Source: Ehrlichia ruminantium str. Welgevonden
Lineage (GTDB): Bacteria > Pseudomonadota > Alphaproteobacteria > Rickettsiales > Anaplasmataceae
Length of the DNA stretch: 24,000 nt
Assembly (NCBI RefSeq): GCF_000026005.1
Contig: NC_005295.2
Coordinates: 1,146,655-1,170,654 of the forward strand
Direction of reading: 5' to 3'
Part shown: positions 1 through 11,602 of the stretch, piece by piece
Numbering within the stretch: the stretch's first letter is position 1
How the letters are laid out: each line of letters starts with the position of its first letter
Program-made: the position numbers and the translations under genes
Notes under the pieces: model-generated
What the model saw: the letters and a program-made list of their open reading frames with translations, nothing else
Database searches by the model: none
Told to the model about the DNA's origin: nothing

Positions 1-909
1 ATAGGGCAAAGCAGTGTAGTCAGCAATTTAAAAATCTTCATAGATGCTGCCTATGAACGAAAAGAACCAATAGATCATATTTTGCTATATGGTCCACCAG
101 GGCTAGGAAAAACGACACTAGCACATATAATCGCTAAAGAATTAAAAGTAAATTTTCGGTCAACAGCAGGACCACTACTTAGCAAAGCAGGAGACTTAGC
201 AGCAATATTAACTAATCTTCAAGCAAGAGATGTATTATTTATTGATGAAATTCATCGTTTAAATCGAAATATAGAAGAAATATTGTACTCAGCTATGGAA
301 GACTTTTCTCTAGATATAATAGTAGGTGAAGGATGTGGAGCACGCACTTTAAGAGTAGACATACCACCATTCACATTAATAGGAGCAACAACACGAATTG
401 GACTACTATCAAACCCTTTAAGAGATCGTTTCGGAATACCAATGCATTTAGAATTTTATTCAACCGAAGAACTTACAAAAGTAATAAAGCGTGCTGCAAA
501 AGTGATACATACTAATATTTCCAATAACGGAGCAGAAGAAATATCTTTAAGATCACGTGGTACACCTAGAATTGCATTAAGATTATTAAGACGTATACGA
601 GATTTCATATCAGTTACAAAACAAGATACAATCACTCATGAATTTGCTGACCAAGCACTATTACGTCTAGGTATTGATAAACTTGGACTAGATAGACAAG
701 ACATCAAGTACCTACAGTTCATTTACGAGGCTAATAATCCAATAGGAATAGACACCATATCTTCCGCATTATCCGAAGATACTGGAAATATAGAAGAAAC
801 TATAGAACCATACTTAATAAAAATAAACTTCATACAACGTACACCACGTGGTAGAGTTATAACTCAAAAAGCAATATCTTATCTTAATGAACAAACATAC
901 AATATGTAG
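1..909 (+). CDS. ruvB: Holliday junction branch-migration ATPase RuvB (5' end lies outside the window)
   Basis: Frame 1 is open from nt 1 ([41 protein letters not shown]...), so the ORF-track Met at 82 is internal. It has Walker [10 protein letters not shown], Walker B-like [10 protein letters not shown] and the [14 protein letters not shown] region typical of RuvB. Stop TAG is at 907-909. Confidence 0.95.
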   Translation: MGQSSVVSNLKIFIDAAYERKEPIDHILLYGPPGLGKTTLAHIIAKELKVNFRSTAGPLLSKAGDLAAILTNLQARDVLFIDEIHRLNRNIEEILYSAMEDFSLDIIVGEGCGARTLRVDIPPFTLIGATTRIGLLSNPLRDRFGIPMHLEFYSTEELTKVIKRAAKVIHTNISNNGAEEISLRSRGTPRIALRLLRRIRDFISVTKQDTITHEFADQALLRLGIDKLGLDRQDIKYLQFIYEANNPIGIDTISSALSEDTGNIEETIEPYLIKINFIQRTPRGRVITQKAISYLNEQTYNM

Positions 910-1625
910 TAAAGTATTACATATTATACATAATTTCTATATAACACATAATTACACATCATTTGAGCGTGATAATGATTATACACTTACCACAAGTAAT
1001 AGAAATATCATAGATATATTAACATCAGAAGCGCGTCAGTTCCTTAATCCTGAATTATTTAAACAACATTTACTAAATTTTATCGTACCTCTAGTTCTTC
1101 TTATAATGAAGATATATTAATGATAATAGGAAAAACCGTAGACAGTACAACAGAATTTCTGGCTATAACAAAAAAAATATATGTTTACTGTATATATTAT
1201 TATGCATAACATTTCATATTAAATGACTATAGAATGATTTCCTGATATTGTTTAAGTGTCATAGATAATCATATAACTTATAGAATAACCTATTAACAAA
1301 ATCACTATAGAGAAAGTTATACCTCTATTTATATTTTTAATATATCAAGCTTATGTACAAATTATTTTAACATAACATATACAACTATACACTTACAAAA
1401 GAATCAATAATATTAGCATATTATTCATCATATACTTAGATAACAAAACTATTAACTTTAATTATAAATAAAAACTACAAGAAATACTTACACTCTATAG
1501 TATATCCCGTTAGCATAGGAGATTTATAATTCTTGATTACAAATATATCATGTTATTAGTGGTAACAGATGTCCATTTAAAAAAAGCTATTACTTCATAA
1601 TAATAGCAATAACCTAGTTCAATTT

Positions 1626-2290
1626 TATGCATTACTTATCTTTAGAGTAGATATCTGTAATTTCATTAATAACATTATAACATAAAACCATTGTAGTAAT
1701 CATTGTTACTTATAAGAGATGAAAATTACAAGCAATATATGAATTGTAGAAACACTAAAACAAAAAAATATATTTAAACAAACTAACTTAACTTCTTTTA
1801 TATCTTACTTATTCTTGCATGGATATCTGTTTTCATTAATAAGGGTAATCTTATACTCAAATTATTTAGTAATGACTTTATTATAATGAAACTGCAATAA
1901 CATATTATCGAATCATTATAAAAATACAAACATGTATAATAAAGTTACAATTTATAACAAGTTCCAACAACTTAATATTCTTTTGATACCTTAATTATCT
2001 GTAGAAGAAATACTACCAATTTCATTAATATCACTTATAATATTGAAATCACTAAGTAATCATTTTGTGTATAAATAGATAAAAACTGCAAATAAGATAT
2101 AATTGAGAAAAGGCAATATACTAGCACAACATATTGTATGACAAAGCTCTGGGAAATAAATAAAGTAACACCCTAGCACCCTATTATGCATTATTTATTT
2201 TTAGAACAAGTACCTATATTTAGTAAATAACTTTTATAATATCTAAAATACTCAGCAATTATTCCAAAAGTGATGTTTAATATTAAAAAC
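1626..2290. repeat. Decayed tandem array, about 3.5 units of ~170-195 bp
   Basis: Anchors recur with a consistent phase. tatgcattacttatctttag (1626) matches tatgcattatttatttttag (2185), 559 nt = 3 x 186 apart. (a)tatctgt occurs at ~1651, 1823 and 1996. ttcattaat occurs at 1662, 1832 and 2021. gtaatcatt-like and gaaaaYtRcaa-like blocks follow in each unit. Similarity is eyeballed and clearly partial. Confidence 0.5.
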
Positions 2291-2604
2291 ACTAATGGAA
2301 AAAGCTCAGTTATAACGAATGACACATGAAAATTTAAAATAATATATAAACAACTTTAAGATATTCCTCTTTCAAATAATGCATTAACATTTAAAACCTA
2401 TAAACACATTCTCACAATAGATATTATAATAACATTAAGAACCAAAATATCTTCTTTCAAGTTATATCAGAAAGTCATATACATTATGTAATATCATACA
2501 TATACTAACAGCGGGATATATAAACCAATATTTCACAATACTCAGTCACTTAATACCTATTTAAAAGCAATTACCATAATAAAAATATTAATCGTTAGTT
2601 ATTT

Positions 2605-3665
2605 CTTTAATATCATGTATAACAATACTCTAAACTATTCAGCTTATATTTCAATAATATTATCATTATAGAAATATAAAAGAAGTACTTACTAAATACT
2701 TAAAATCACAAATAATACTTAATCGGTACTGTTAATCATTCACAATATCTTTAATATCAATATAACAGATACCAAATACATAGTACTACTTTTTATAAAT
2801 TACTGTCACTGTGACAGATTACATAACAAATGCATTCATATACTCCAAATTGTGAACAATACAAAATAACTAGTACTTTTAATTATCAATAATCCCTTTA
2901 ATATCAATGTAACAATACTCTAAACTATTCAGCTTATATTTCAATAATATTGTCATTATAGAAATATACAAAGAAGTACGTACTAAATACTTTAAAATCA
3001 CAAATAATACTTAATCGGTACTGTTAATCATTCACAATATCTTTAATATCAATATAACAGATACCAAATACATAGTACTACTTTTGATACATTACTGTCA
3101 CTGTGACAGATTACATAACAAATGCATTCATATATTCCAAATTGTGAACAATACAAAATAACCAGTACTTTTAATTATGAATAACCCCTTTAATATCAAT
3201 GTAACAATACTCTAAATTATTCAGCTTATATTTCAATAATATTGTCATTATAGAAATATACAAAGAAGTACGTACTAAATACTTAAAATCACAAATAATA
3301 CTTAATCGGTACTGTTAATCATTCACAATATCTTTAATATCAATATAACAGATACCAAATACATAGTACTACTTTTGATAAATTACTGTCACTGTGACAG
3401 ATTACATAACAAATGCATTCATATATTCCAAATTGTGAACAATACAAAATAACCAGTACTTTTAATTATGAATAACCCCTTTAATATCAATGTAACAATA
3501 CTCTAAATTATTCAGCTTATATTTCAATAATATTGTCATTATAGAAATATACAAAGAAGTACGTACTAAATACTTAAAATCACAAATAATATTTAATCGG
3601 TACTGTTAATCATTAAGAATATCTTTAATATCAATGTAACAGATATTAAATACATAGTACTACTT
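2605..3665. repeat. Young non-coding tandem array, 3.6 copies of a 291-bp unit
   Basis: The unit start motif ctttaatatca occurs at 2605, 2896, 3188 and 3479 (periods 291/292/291). The last copy is truncated at ~3665. Copies 2 and 3 differ at 3 positions by hand count. No ORF >=60 aa exists in any frame between 1121 and 3704. Confidence 0.95.
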
Positions 3666-3706
3666 GCATTAATTATCTAGCTATAAAAATTATATGATAA
3701 GCATGT

Positions 3707-3779
3707 GTTAGTATACTTTATCAATTTGAATCACTTTATGAAAAGTGAACGGACTCACAAATTAATAAAGTATACTAAC
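3707..3779. repeat. 15-bp perfect inverted repeat (gttagtatactttat / ataaagtatactaac) enclosing a 43-nt loop with a nested 7-bp hairpin
   Basis: The arms were read directly at 3707-3721 and 3765-3779. The inner hairpin tcacttt-atga-aaagtga is at 3731-3748. It lies 72-144 nt beyond the MFS stop codon and directly after the end of the 291-bp array. Confidence 0.85.
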
Positions 3780-3850
3780 TATAACCACCCATATAATTAT
3801 CATTTAGAAGTTGCACTTCGTTATAATATCATCAAAATAGAATTACATTC

Positions 3851-5047
3851 CTACATATTAGTTTTTTTTTCCGTTACCTTAAGAACAAGGTATATGATAA
3901 TACATAATATAGAACAAACTACTGGAAAAATTATAACAGGTATCAAAGTACCATCATAAAAACAACTTAAAATATAAATGCCAATAGCACCAAAAATCGT
4001 TTGTAAAAATAAAATAAATGCTGAACCTATACCTGTTTCTTTAATCTCAGAAAAAGCACAAGTCATATTATTTCCAAGAATAAACGCAATACCCATACCA
4101 GATGGGATCCACATAATTTCTGCTAATAAAGGAGTTATTTCTATCACCTGATACAAAATAAAAACACTCGCATCTGACAAGGTTGTTAAAATTAAACCCA
4201 AAATCAGCATATTACTCATACCAAACTTCTCAACAAATTTCTGGTTAATAATAGCGCCTATAATATAGGCAGCAACATTAATAGCTACAAAATAACCATA
4301 GTAAGCAACAGGTACACCCATATCATTTACAAAAACAAATGGTAAGTTAGTGATGCATGACCAAATCCACATAATAGTCAAACTATGAATCAAAGCGAAT
4401 CCAAAGAATCTATAGTTACAGATAAGTTCTTTATATTTATACATAACTGATCTAAAAGAAATATTATTTTTAGATCTATCAATAACTAACGTTTCTCTTA
4501 AAAAAGAAAATAAGCATATCAAAACTATAACAGATATAACAGATATTATCATAAACAGTACATTCCAATTATACTCATAAGATATTACTGTACTTCCTAA
4601 AATTGGTCCTAACACTGGAGAAAATGCCACTGCTATATTTACTATAGAAATATTTTTAGCACATTCATCACCTGAATACATATCTTTGATAATAGCGTAT
4701 CCAACAACTCCTGCAACTCCTGTTCCAAATCCTTGAATAAAACGCATAATAATTAACATCATAACATTGTTAGCAAAATAACATGCTACACTTGCTATAG
4801 TAAATATCACAATACCTAACAACATCACAGGACGACGCCCATAATAATCAGATAGAGGACCATACAATAAACCTGAAATAGAAATTCCAGCTAAATTTAA
4901 ACTAATTGTCAACTGTGCAATTGAATAATCTACATGAAAAAAATCACTAATTTTTGGCAAACTAGGCAAATATATATCTGATGACATTTCAGTCATTACT
5001 ATCACTGTAATAATAAGAATTAAAATATTCCTTTTAAAAACTTTCAT
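3851..5047 (-). CDS. MFS transporter, Bcr/CflA-like drug:H+ antiporter family
   Basis: 398-aa ORF with an ATG start and a hydrophobic profile consistent with 12 TM segments. It has MFS motif A (GPLSDYYGRRPVMLLG), and the N-terminal LPSLPKISDFFHVDYSIAQLTISLNLAG is typical of Bcr/CflA members. Confidence 0.85.
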   Translation of the reverse strand: MKVFKRNILILIITVIVMTEMSSDIYLPSLPKISDFFHVDYSIAQLTISLNLAGISISGLLYGPLSDYYGRRPVMLLGIVIFTIASVACYFANNVMMLIIMRFIQGFGTGVAGVVGYAIIKDMYSGDECAKNISIVNIAVAFSPVLGPILGSTVISYEYNWNVLFMIISVISVIVLICLFSFLRETLVIDRSKNNISFRSVMYKYKELICNYRFFGFALIHSLTIMWIWSCITNLPFVFVNDMGVPVAYYGYFVAINVAAYIIGAIINQKFVEKFGMSNMLILGLILTTLSDASVFILYQVIEITPLLAEIMWIPSGMGIAFILGNNMTCAFSEIKETGIGSAFILFLQTIFGAIGIYILSCFYDGTLIPVIIFPVVCSILCIIIYLVLKVTEKKTNM

Positions 5048-6376
5048 AAATAAAAAAATAAACCCCCCTTAATTAATAAAATAATCTAATATAAGCCAAA
5101 GCTATAATACTTAAGCTTTATTTCATTATTAATGTAATATAAAAAATATAAAACAACATCAGTAGTATTAAATATACCACTCTTACTAAGCTACAGTTAT
5201 AGTAAATTATACATAAATTAATAATAAAAAGTAGTACTTATATAACAACCTATAAAAACAACATAATTACAATATTACAGGATGAATAATACTACTTAAA
5301 AAATAAAAGTACAATATTAGTAAATAATGAACAAATCAACTATAAACATCTACTTAAAACATAAGTACTTTATAAAAAATACAACACTATCAATCCTTAT
5401 TCTTGCACTTATATACACTTTTGTCACTATAGATCATTTATATAAGCACCTTCCATTTAAAAATGATATATTTTATAATACATTACATCACAAAAATATA
5501 TGATAAGCTTTTATTAAAATGTTACACACACAAAACTTTTGTACAAATATAACTATACCAACAAGTAGCTTCACTCTACATATCAAAAGCTGACATGCTA
5601 AAAAAATTCAATATATTAAACTTTCACACATTTCATAAATATCTTCTATATTAATCATTCTTAATTACTACTATCATAAAAATCATTATTTAACATACTC
5701 CATCACTATTAAATAATGTCATAGCAATAATTTCTTTTATAAATACAATCACACATTACAAATAGTATTTTATACAAACCATAAAGATCGTATACCAAAA
5801 AAATAACTATCACTTATTAACTTCACATAACATGGCTTAGTATCTTCTATAGCAACTATAGATTCTTTTTATTCAATAAGACTCCTTTACACAAGTTATT
5901 AATAAACATGTTAATAGTAATTACCTCCTCGCACATATAATTACACATTAAAATTAGTATGCTAAAAATAATTGTAAAATCTTATATAATATCTTCTACC
6001 TTATACGATAATTACTCATTTTAATAAGCCATATTATGTAAGTATATTACAAGATAAAATAGCTTGAATAGCATTAACAATTTTCACTAAATACATTATT
6101 AAGCACATTTTTGTACAACTTTTGTTTCTAACAATAACAACTTACATATAATAAAACAAGTGTTACTAAGTACAAATATTGCTGACAGATCTGACATCTA
6201 TGATGAAAAACTCTATAAATAATTAATACTGATTAGCTTATATATTATCAGATGTACTAGATTAATATTTAGATACCTATCTCAACCTTCACTTATAATC
6301 TTGTTCCAGCAATAAAGTATCTTTCAACCATTTCCCACAACAATGAAAGTTTATATATCTGATTTATATACTATAA

Positions 6377-7234
6377 TTATTTATTATCTGCTAAAACATC
6401 CATCAACTCTCTCCACTCTCTTTTACCAATACCAGTATCTTCTCTAGCAACATCCTCACCAGCAATTAGCTTCTTGACAACACTCAATGCACTCTTAGAA
6501 AAACTTTGTGATTCCAAACAATATTCAACAAAAGCTGCATAAGTTAATGGCACCCACTTTTTTACAATTTCCAACATAGTCTCAGCATAGACTCTAATTT
6601 CATATTGAGCATGCACATCAGACCTCAATCTTAAAAAATGCAATAAATTATGTAGATCTATTTTCCAATACCATTCAGTGTAATAATTTAGAGTAAGGCT
6701 AATACGTGATATTTCTCTTGAAACACCTTTTATTAAAAACTTATTATAGGTTTCATATACCATATCAGAATCTCTTTTTAATAGATCAGTTACATACTGA
6801 GCATCCTCATTAGACAAGCTATTACCTCTACCTTGTGCATTATCTTCAGATTGAGTTGCCACATGATCAAGCTCAGGAATATAAAATTCATGATCTAAAA
6901 CAGAATATCTAGCAGAATATTCATTAACATTTGCAGTTCTATGACGTACCCACTGTCTTGCAACAAATATAGGTAATTTAATATGAAATTTTATTTCACA
7001 CATTTCAAATGGTGTAGTATGTGAATGCCGCATAAGATAATTAATCAACGCAGCATCCTGGCTTACACTTTTAGTACCTCTTCCATAGGATATTCTAGCA
7101 GCCTGTACTACAGATTCATCAGATCCCATATAATCTACTAACCTGACGAACCCCTTATCTAAAACCTTATGTTCCTTATAAAGAATATCTTCTAATTCAG
7201 GAACAACTATACGTTTTGTAATCTCTGATTCCAT
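6377..7234 (-). CDS. thyX: Flavin-dependent thymidylate synthase ThyX
   Basis: It carries the ThyX signature [17 protein letters not shown]. The ORF-track start at 7273 is a TTG. The first ATG (7234, [15 protein letters not shown]...) gives a typical ThyX N-terminus, so the start is ambiguous between 7234 and 7273. Confidence 0.9.
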   Translation of the reverse strand: MESEITKRIVVPELEDILYKEHKVLDKGFVRLVDYMGSDESVVQAARISYGRGTKSVSQDAALINYLMRHSHTTPFEMCEIKFHIKLPIFVARQWVRHRTANVNEYSARYSVLDHEFYIPELDHVATQSEDNAQGRGNSLSNEDAQYVTDLLKRDSDMVYETYNKFLIKGVSREISRISLTLNYYTEWYWKIDLHNLLHFLRLRSDVHAQYEIRVYAETMLEIVKKWVPLTYAAFVEYCLESQSFSKSALSVVKKLIAGEDVAREDTGIGKREWRELMDVLADNK

Positions 7235-8995
7235 AGTCTGCCATACTTTAATTCTAATACTTAATACTAACAACTGGCTACATTAGATCAAGTTTAAAAA
7301 TATAATGAAATTTATAAAAGTTCTACACACACTTACAAAATATATAGTCAGAAAAACTACTATACTTGATTTAAAAGCAATATATTAACTATAAATAAAC
7401 ATATACTTTTGCCTACTAATCTTGATCTGAATTTTTATAAAAATATTCTATAATTTACAGATTATCATAATACGCAACACAGGTAACCATCAATACACTT
7501 TATTAAAAAATTCATAAGAAACTATAACAATATAATTTAAGATTTTTTATTCAACACTATTTTCATAAGTATACAGCATTATATACCTATTGTGACACTT
7601 TTTATCTTTTAAGATTATTTTAATATTATGATTTTCCTACCAGTATTTATATTTTTAAAATTAAGTATTAGTAACGTTCACTATTTATAAAATAGCATAA
7701 TTCTAATTTAATATCTCAGATTTTACATAATATACATAGTAAAATAATTTTAAATATTGTTTACCAATACTTAATGTTTAATTAGCATATAAAAAAAGAA
7801 ATTTTTTATAACCAATTATCTCAATACAAACACTTATATCATCCTTGTTATCATCACCTGCTTAACATTAGTAATCGTTCCAGCAAAATAAATGCAAAAC
7901 ATAAGGGAAAAATACACTGAAATTTTCAATTGTTTATTGAATGCAATTTTTAAACACTAACCATAACAATAATTCTAGAACTCATCAGCATATTAAATAT
8001 TTTATATAGGGGATCACAAAATACTTCCACAAACTATTCAATTATTTCAAAATACCAACTAGAAAAATGATATATCTATATAAAAACACATGACCAATAA
8101 TTAGCTATTTTTCATGATTAATCCAACACAATTGAAATAAATTCTTCAATCTTAATGTTACTACATGTAAATTAATCACTCACTATATTTAAATTATAGT
8201 TAATACTTAAACTATTGTTACAGTAAGTCAAATAGAACAAATAATAACTATCATTCCTTATGCTATCAAGATCAATATAGTTGAGAAGTGAACATTTTAA
8301 TCAATCTCACTACACATAATTAAATATTAACAATACATCAATACCACTAATTAAAAGCATTATAACAAAACATGAAGAACATTTTTTCAAATTTTATTCC
8401 ATTAGCCTTTCCCACAAAGTACTATATCTTTTCCTATAGTAAATACATAAATAATTATCATCCTCTAGAAAAATTAAAATTTATTTTTTAAGTATTTTAA
8501 CTAATACTCTAGAATTTTTAACTACCTATCTAATATAATTTTTCAATGCTAGATTTTATAATTATCAAATATCCCATCAGTACTATTTAATCCTAATATC
8601 GATAATATAAAAGGTTTTTAAAAACCACTAACACTTATAAGAATCTACATCCTAACTCTTATATTTTCTAATAATTCTTCAATATCAGTAATTATCTTAG
8701 TAGAACTTAAAAAACAGTACCACCTGTAAAACCCACATAGCAATATCATTTAGAAATACAGTCCACATATCCTATCAGGATATACAGTATAACACATGAC
8801 TTTTCTCAAAATAAATTAACCTTTATAGTACTTAGAAAACCTACTAAAATTTTCCACATTCCTACACTCATTTGCTGTGTATAATGCAATAACTCATGAA
8901 TAACCCAAATACATCTTATTAATAACATTACAAATATGTAATTAATAAGATCATTAATTCTATCCAACCTCTACACACATATATAAGATAAAATT

Positions 8996-9772
8996 TTATC
9001 TTCTTACCATCATTTGCTTAATATCAGCAATTGCCTTAGCAGGATTTAAACCCTTAGGACAAGTATTGGTACAATTCATAATAGTATGGCAGCGATATAA
9101 TTTAAATGCATCATCAAGCATATCCAACCTTTTATCTGATGCCTCATCCCGACTATCAATTAACCACCTATATACTTGTAATAATGCAGCTGGTCCTAAA
9201 TACTTATCTGGATTCCACCAATAACTAGGACAGCTAGTACTACAACATGCACATAATATACAATCATATACTCCATCCAACTTACTCCTGTCTTCTATAC
9301 TCTGCAATCTTTCCTTATTATGACTAGGCTCTTCAGCTTGCATCCATGGAGTAATGGACTCATATTGTTTGTAAAAATTGCTTAAATCAGGTACCAAATC
9401 CTTAATGACATTCATATGTGGTAAAGGATAAATCTCAACATCCGATTTAATATCTGATATGGCCTTTGTACATGCCAGAGTATTAGTACCATCAATATTC
9501 ATTGCACAAGAACCACATATACCTTCCCGACATGACCTCCTAAATGTTAATGTAGAATCAATCTCATTTTTAATTTTTATAAGAGCATCAAGAACCATCT
9601 GCCCACATTGATCAAGATCTATAAAAAATGTATCAATTCTTGGATTGCTATCATCATCTGGAGACCATCTATATATCTTAAAACATTTTACATTTTTTGC
9701 ATTTTCAGGAGCATTATATACTTCCCCATTTTTATTAATCTTAGAATTCTTAGGTAAAAAAAACTGAACCAT
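8996..9772 (-). CDS. sdhB: Succinate dehydrogenase iron-sulfur subunit SdhB
   Basis: Three Cys clusters are present: [11 protein letters not shown] (2Fe-2S), [12 protein letters not shown] (4Fe-4S) and [12 protein letters not shown] (3Fe-4S). The ORF-track start at 9790 is a TTG. The ATG at 9772 ([11 protein letters not shown]) has an aagg Shine-Dalgarno-like motif ~8 nt upstream. Confidence 0.93.
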   Translation of the reverse strand: MVQFFLPKNSKINKNGEVYNAPENAKNVKCFKIYRWSPDDDSNPRIDTFFIDLDQCGQMVLDALIKIKNEIDSTLTFRRSCREGICGSCAMNIDGTNTLACTKAISDIKSDVEIYPLPHMNVIKDLVPDLSNFYKQYESITPWMQAEEPSHNKERLQSIEDRSKLDGVYDCILCACCSTSCPSYWWNPDKYLGPAALLQVYRWLIDSRDEASDKRLDMLDDAFKLYRCHTIMNCTNTCPKGLNPAKAIADIKQMMVRR

Positions 9773-9805
9773 AACAAACCTTTTACACAATTCCTATACG
9801 GATAA

Positions 9806-11602
9806 CTAATATACTCTTCTCTGTGGGGGAAAATATTGAACATCATTTGTTAAAGTCGTCTTAGCAACATCCTTATACTTAATTTCTACAGAACAATTAG
9901 CAGCATCATACCAAGCTAAAGTATGTTTCATCCAATTTTCATCATCACGCTCAGGAAAATCTTCTCGTGCATGAGCTCCTCTACTTTCCTGACGGTTTGC
10001 TGCACATTCCATAGTTACAACTGCTTGCGGCATCATGTTAGTCAATTCCAATGCTTCAACCAGATCACTATTCCATATCATGCTCTTATCCTGCACTACA
10101 ATCTCAGGCATTAGCTTAGCTACATCTTTAATCTTGACTTTTCCTTCATCTAACACTTCTGCTGTACGAAAAACAGCTGCATGATTTTGCATAACATGCT
10201 GCATTTTACCACGTACTTCCGCAACACGTAAACTCCCCTTAGAGAACCTAATTCCATCAAAACGAGCAATTATTTTTTCTTCACTAGCTTTGTTTATAGG
10301 AGCATGTAACATACCAGGCTTTATCAATTCCTTCGCTTTAATAGCTGCAGCTCTACCAAATACAACTAAATCAAGTAATGAATTAGAACCCAAACGATTT
10401 GCTCCATGCACAGAAACACATGCTGCCTCTCCTATCGCAAAAAGCCCAGGTACGATCTTTTCTTCACTATCTGTTAACGTAATCACTTGACCATAATAAT
10501 TTGTGGGAATACCACCCATATTATAATGAACAGTTGGTAATACAGGTATAGGTTCTTTCGTAACATCCACTCCAGCAAAAGTACGAGCAGTTTCACTAAT
10601 ACCTGGTAATTTATCATGTATAACTTCTGCTCCTAAATGAGATATAGATAAATATACATGATCCTTGTTAGGTCCTACACCACGACCTTCTCTTATTTCC
10701 AAAGTCATGGCCCTACTCACAACATCACGAGATGCTAAATCTTTAGCTTTTGGAGCATAACGCTCCATAAATCTTTCACCCTCAGAATTAATTAAATAAC
10801 CACCTTCTCCTCTACATCCTTCGGTCATTAAACACCCAGAACCATATATCCCTGTTGGATGAAATTGTACAAATTCCATATCTTCTAAAGGCAAATTAAT
10901 ACGAGATACCATTCCTCCACCATCACCAGTACAAGTATGAGCACTAGTTGCAGAAAAATATATCCTACCATACCCACCTGTAGCAAGAACAACAGCATGA
11001 GAACGGAACCTATGTAACGTCCCATCACATAATGACCATGCAATTACACCTTGACACTGACCAACTTCATTCATAATTAAATCAATAGCAAAATACTCCA
11101 CAAAAAATTCAGCATTGTGCTTTAAAGATTGCTGATATAGAGTATGAAGTATAGCATGACCTGTTTTATCAGATGCAGCACAAGTACGAATTGCTGGTTT
11201 ACCTTTACCAAATTCTGTAGTCATACCACCAAAAGGACGCTGATATATTTTACCATCACTAGTACGTGAGAAAGGTACTCCATAACGCTCAAGTTCAATA
11301 ACAGCTTCTGCTGCATTTTTACACATATATTCAATAGCATCTTGATCACCAAGCCAGTCAGAACCTTTGACTGTATCAAACATATGCCATCTCCAGTCAT
11401 CCTCAGTAACATTACCTAGAGCAGCACTAATACCACCTTGAGCAGCTACTGTATGACTCCTCGTTGGAAAAACCTTAGATATGCATGCAACAGACAAGCC
11501 AACAGAAGTCATCCCAAAAGTTGCCCTCAAGCCAGCTCCCCCAGCACCTATTATTACAACATCATACTCATGGTCTATAATACTGTACGTAGAACTAGAC
11601 AT
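9806..11602 (-). CDS. sdhA: Succinate dehydrogenase flavoprotein subunit SdhA
   Basis: It has the [14 protein letters not shown] dinucleotide fold, [10 protein letters not shown] (covalent-FAD His region) and [19 protein letters not shown]. The ORF-track start at 11626 is a TTG, and the ATG at 11602 ([14 protein letters not shown]...) is the more plausible start. Confidence 0.95.
   Translation of the reverse strand: MSSSTYSIIDHEYDVVIIGAGGAGLRATFGMTSVGLSVACISKVFPTRSHTVAAQGGISAALGNVTEDDWRWHMFDTVKGSDWLGDQDAIEYMCKNAAEAVIELERYGVPFSRTSDGKIYQRPFGGMTTEFGKGKPAIRTCAASDKTGHAILHTLYQQSLKHNAEFFVEYFAIDLIMNEVGQCQGVIAWSLCDGTLHRFRSHAVVLATGGYGRIYFSATSAHTCTGDGGGMVSRINLPLEDMEFVQFHPTGIYGSGCLMTEGCRGEGGYLINSEGERFMERYAPKAKDLASRDVVSRAMTLEIREGRGVGPNKDHVYLSISHLGAEVIHDKLPGISETARTFAGVDVTKEPIPVLPTVHYNMGGIPTNYYGQVITLTDSEEKIVPGLFAIGEAACVSVHGANRLGSNSLLDLVVFGRAAAIKAKELIKPGMLHAPINKASEEKIIARFDGIRFSKGSLRVAEVRGKMQHVMQNHAAVFRTAEVLDEGKVKIKDVAKLMPEIVVQDKSMIWNSDLVEALELTNMMPQAVVTMECAANRQESRGAHAREDFPERDDENWMKHTLAWYDAANCSVEIKYKDVAKTTLTNDVQYFPPQRRVY

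Noticed and set aside
887-1120. 77-aa plus-strand ORF overlapping the ruvB stop
   Set aside because: It has no Shine-Dalgarno motif and no recognisable motif. Its composition looks like translated A+T-rich spacer (N/I/L/H/T rich), and it overlaps the ruvB 3' end. It is most likely a chance ORF.
1262-1400. Apparent dispersed relative of the 12-kb array monomer (atagataa...gaataacctattaacaa vs atagataa...gaatacctattaacaa)
   Set aside because: The good match covers only ~40 nt, and downstream blocks need a 30-nt indel. The evidence for a dispersed repeat family is insufficient.
2605-3665. Tandem arrays (also 12050-12830) as CRISPR arrays or as repeat-protein coding sequence
   Set aside because: Units of 291 and ~155 bp abut directly with no unique spacers, so they are not CRISPR. 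Every reading frame is closed within each unit, so they are not coding.
3705-3959. 84-aa plus-strand ORF (GTG start) running from the inverted repeat into the MFS gene antisense
   Set aside because: It starts inside the 15-bp inverted repeat, overlaps the well-supported MFS CDS on the opposite strand by >100 nt, and has no family resemblance.
6238-6345. Spacer stretch resembling the thyX 3' end (ttatatattatcagat vs ttatttattatctgct; ccagcaataaag vs ccagcaattagc), and a stretch at 1929-1965 resembling the ruvB stop region
   Set aside because: The matching blocks are short and sit at inconsistent offsets (121-153 nt) in low-complexity sequence. I cannot distinguish them from chance without alignment statistics.
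7235-7273. N-terminal extensions given by the ORF track for thyX (to 7273), sdhB (to 9790) and sdhA (to 11626)
   Set aside because: These extensions begin at TTG codons and add residues not seen in the family N-termini. The internal ATGs give canonical starts.
8985-9002. 18-bp perfect palindrome aagataaaattttatctt overlapping the sdhB stop codon, considered as a terminator
   Set aside because: The stem is almost all A/T with no loop and no following U-tract. Palindromes like this are expected by chance in such A+T-rich DNA. The same applies to ggtttttaaaaacc at 8613-8626 and atatcct-atc-aggatat near 8767-8783.
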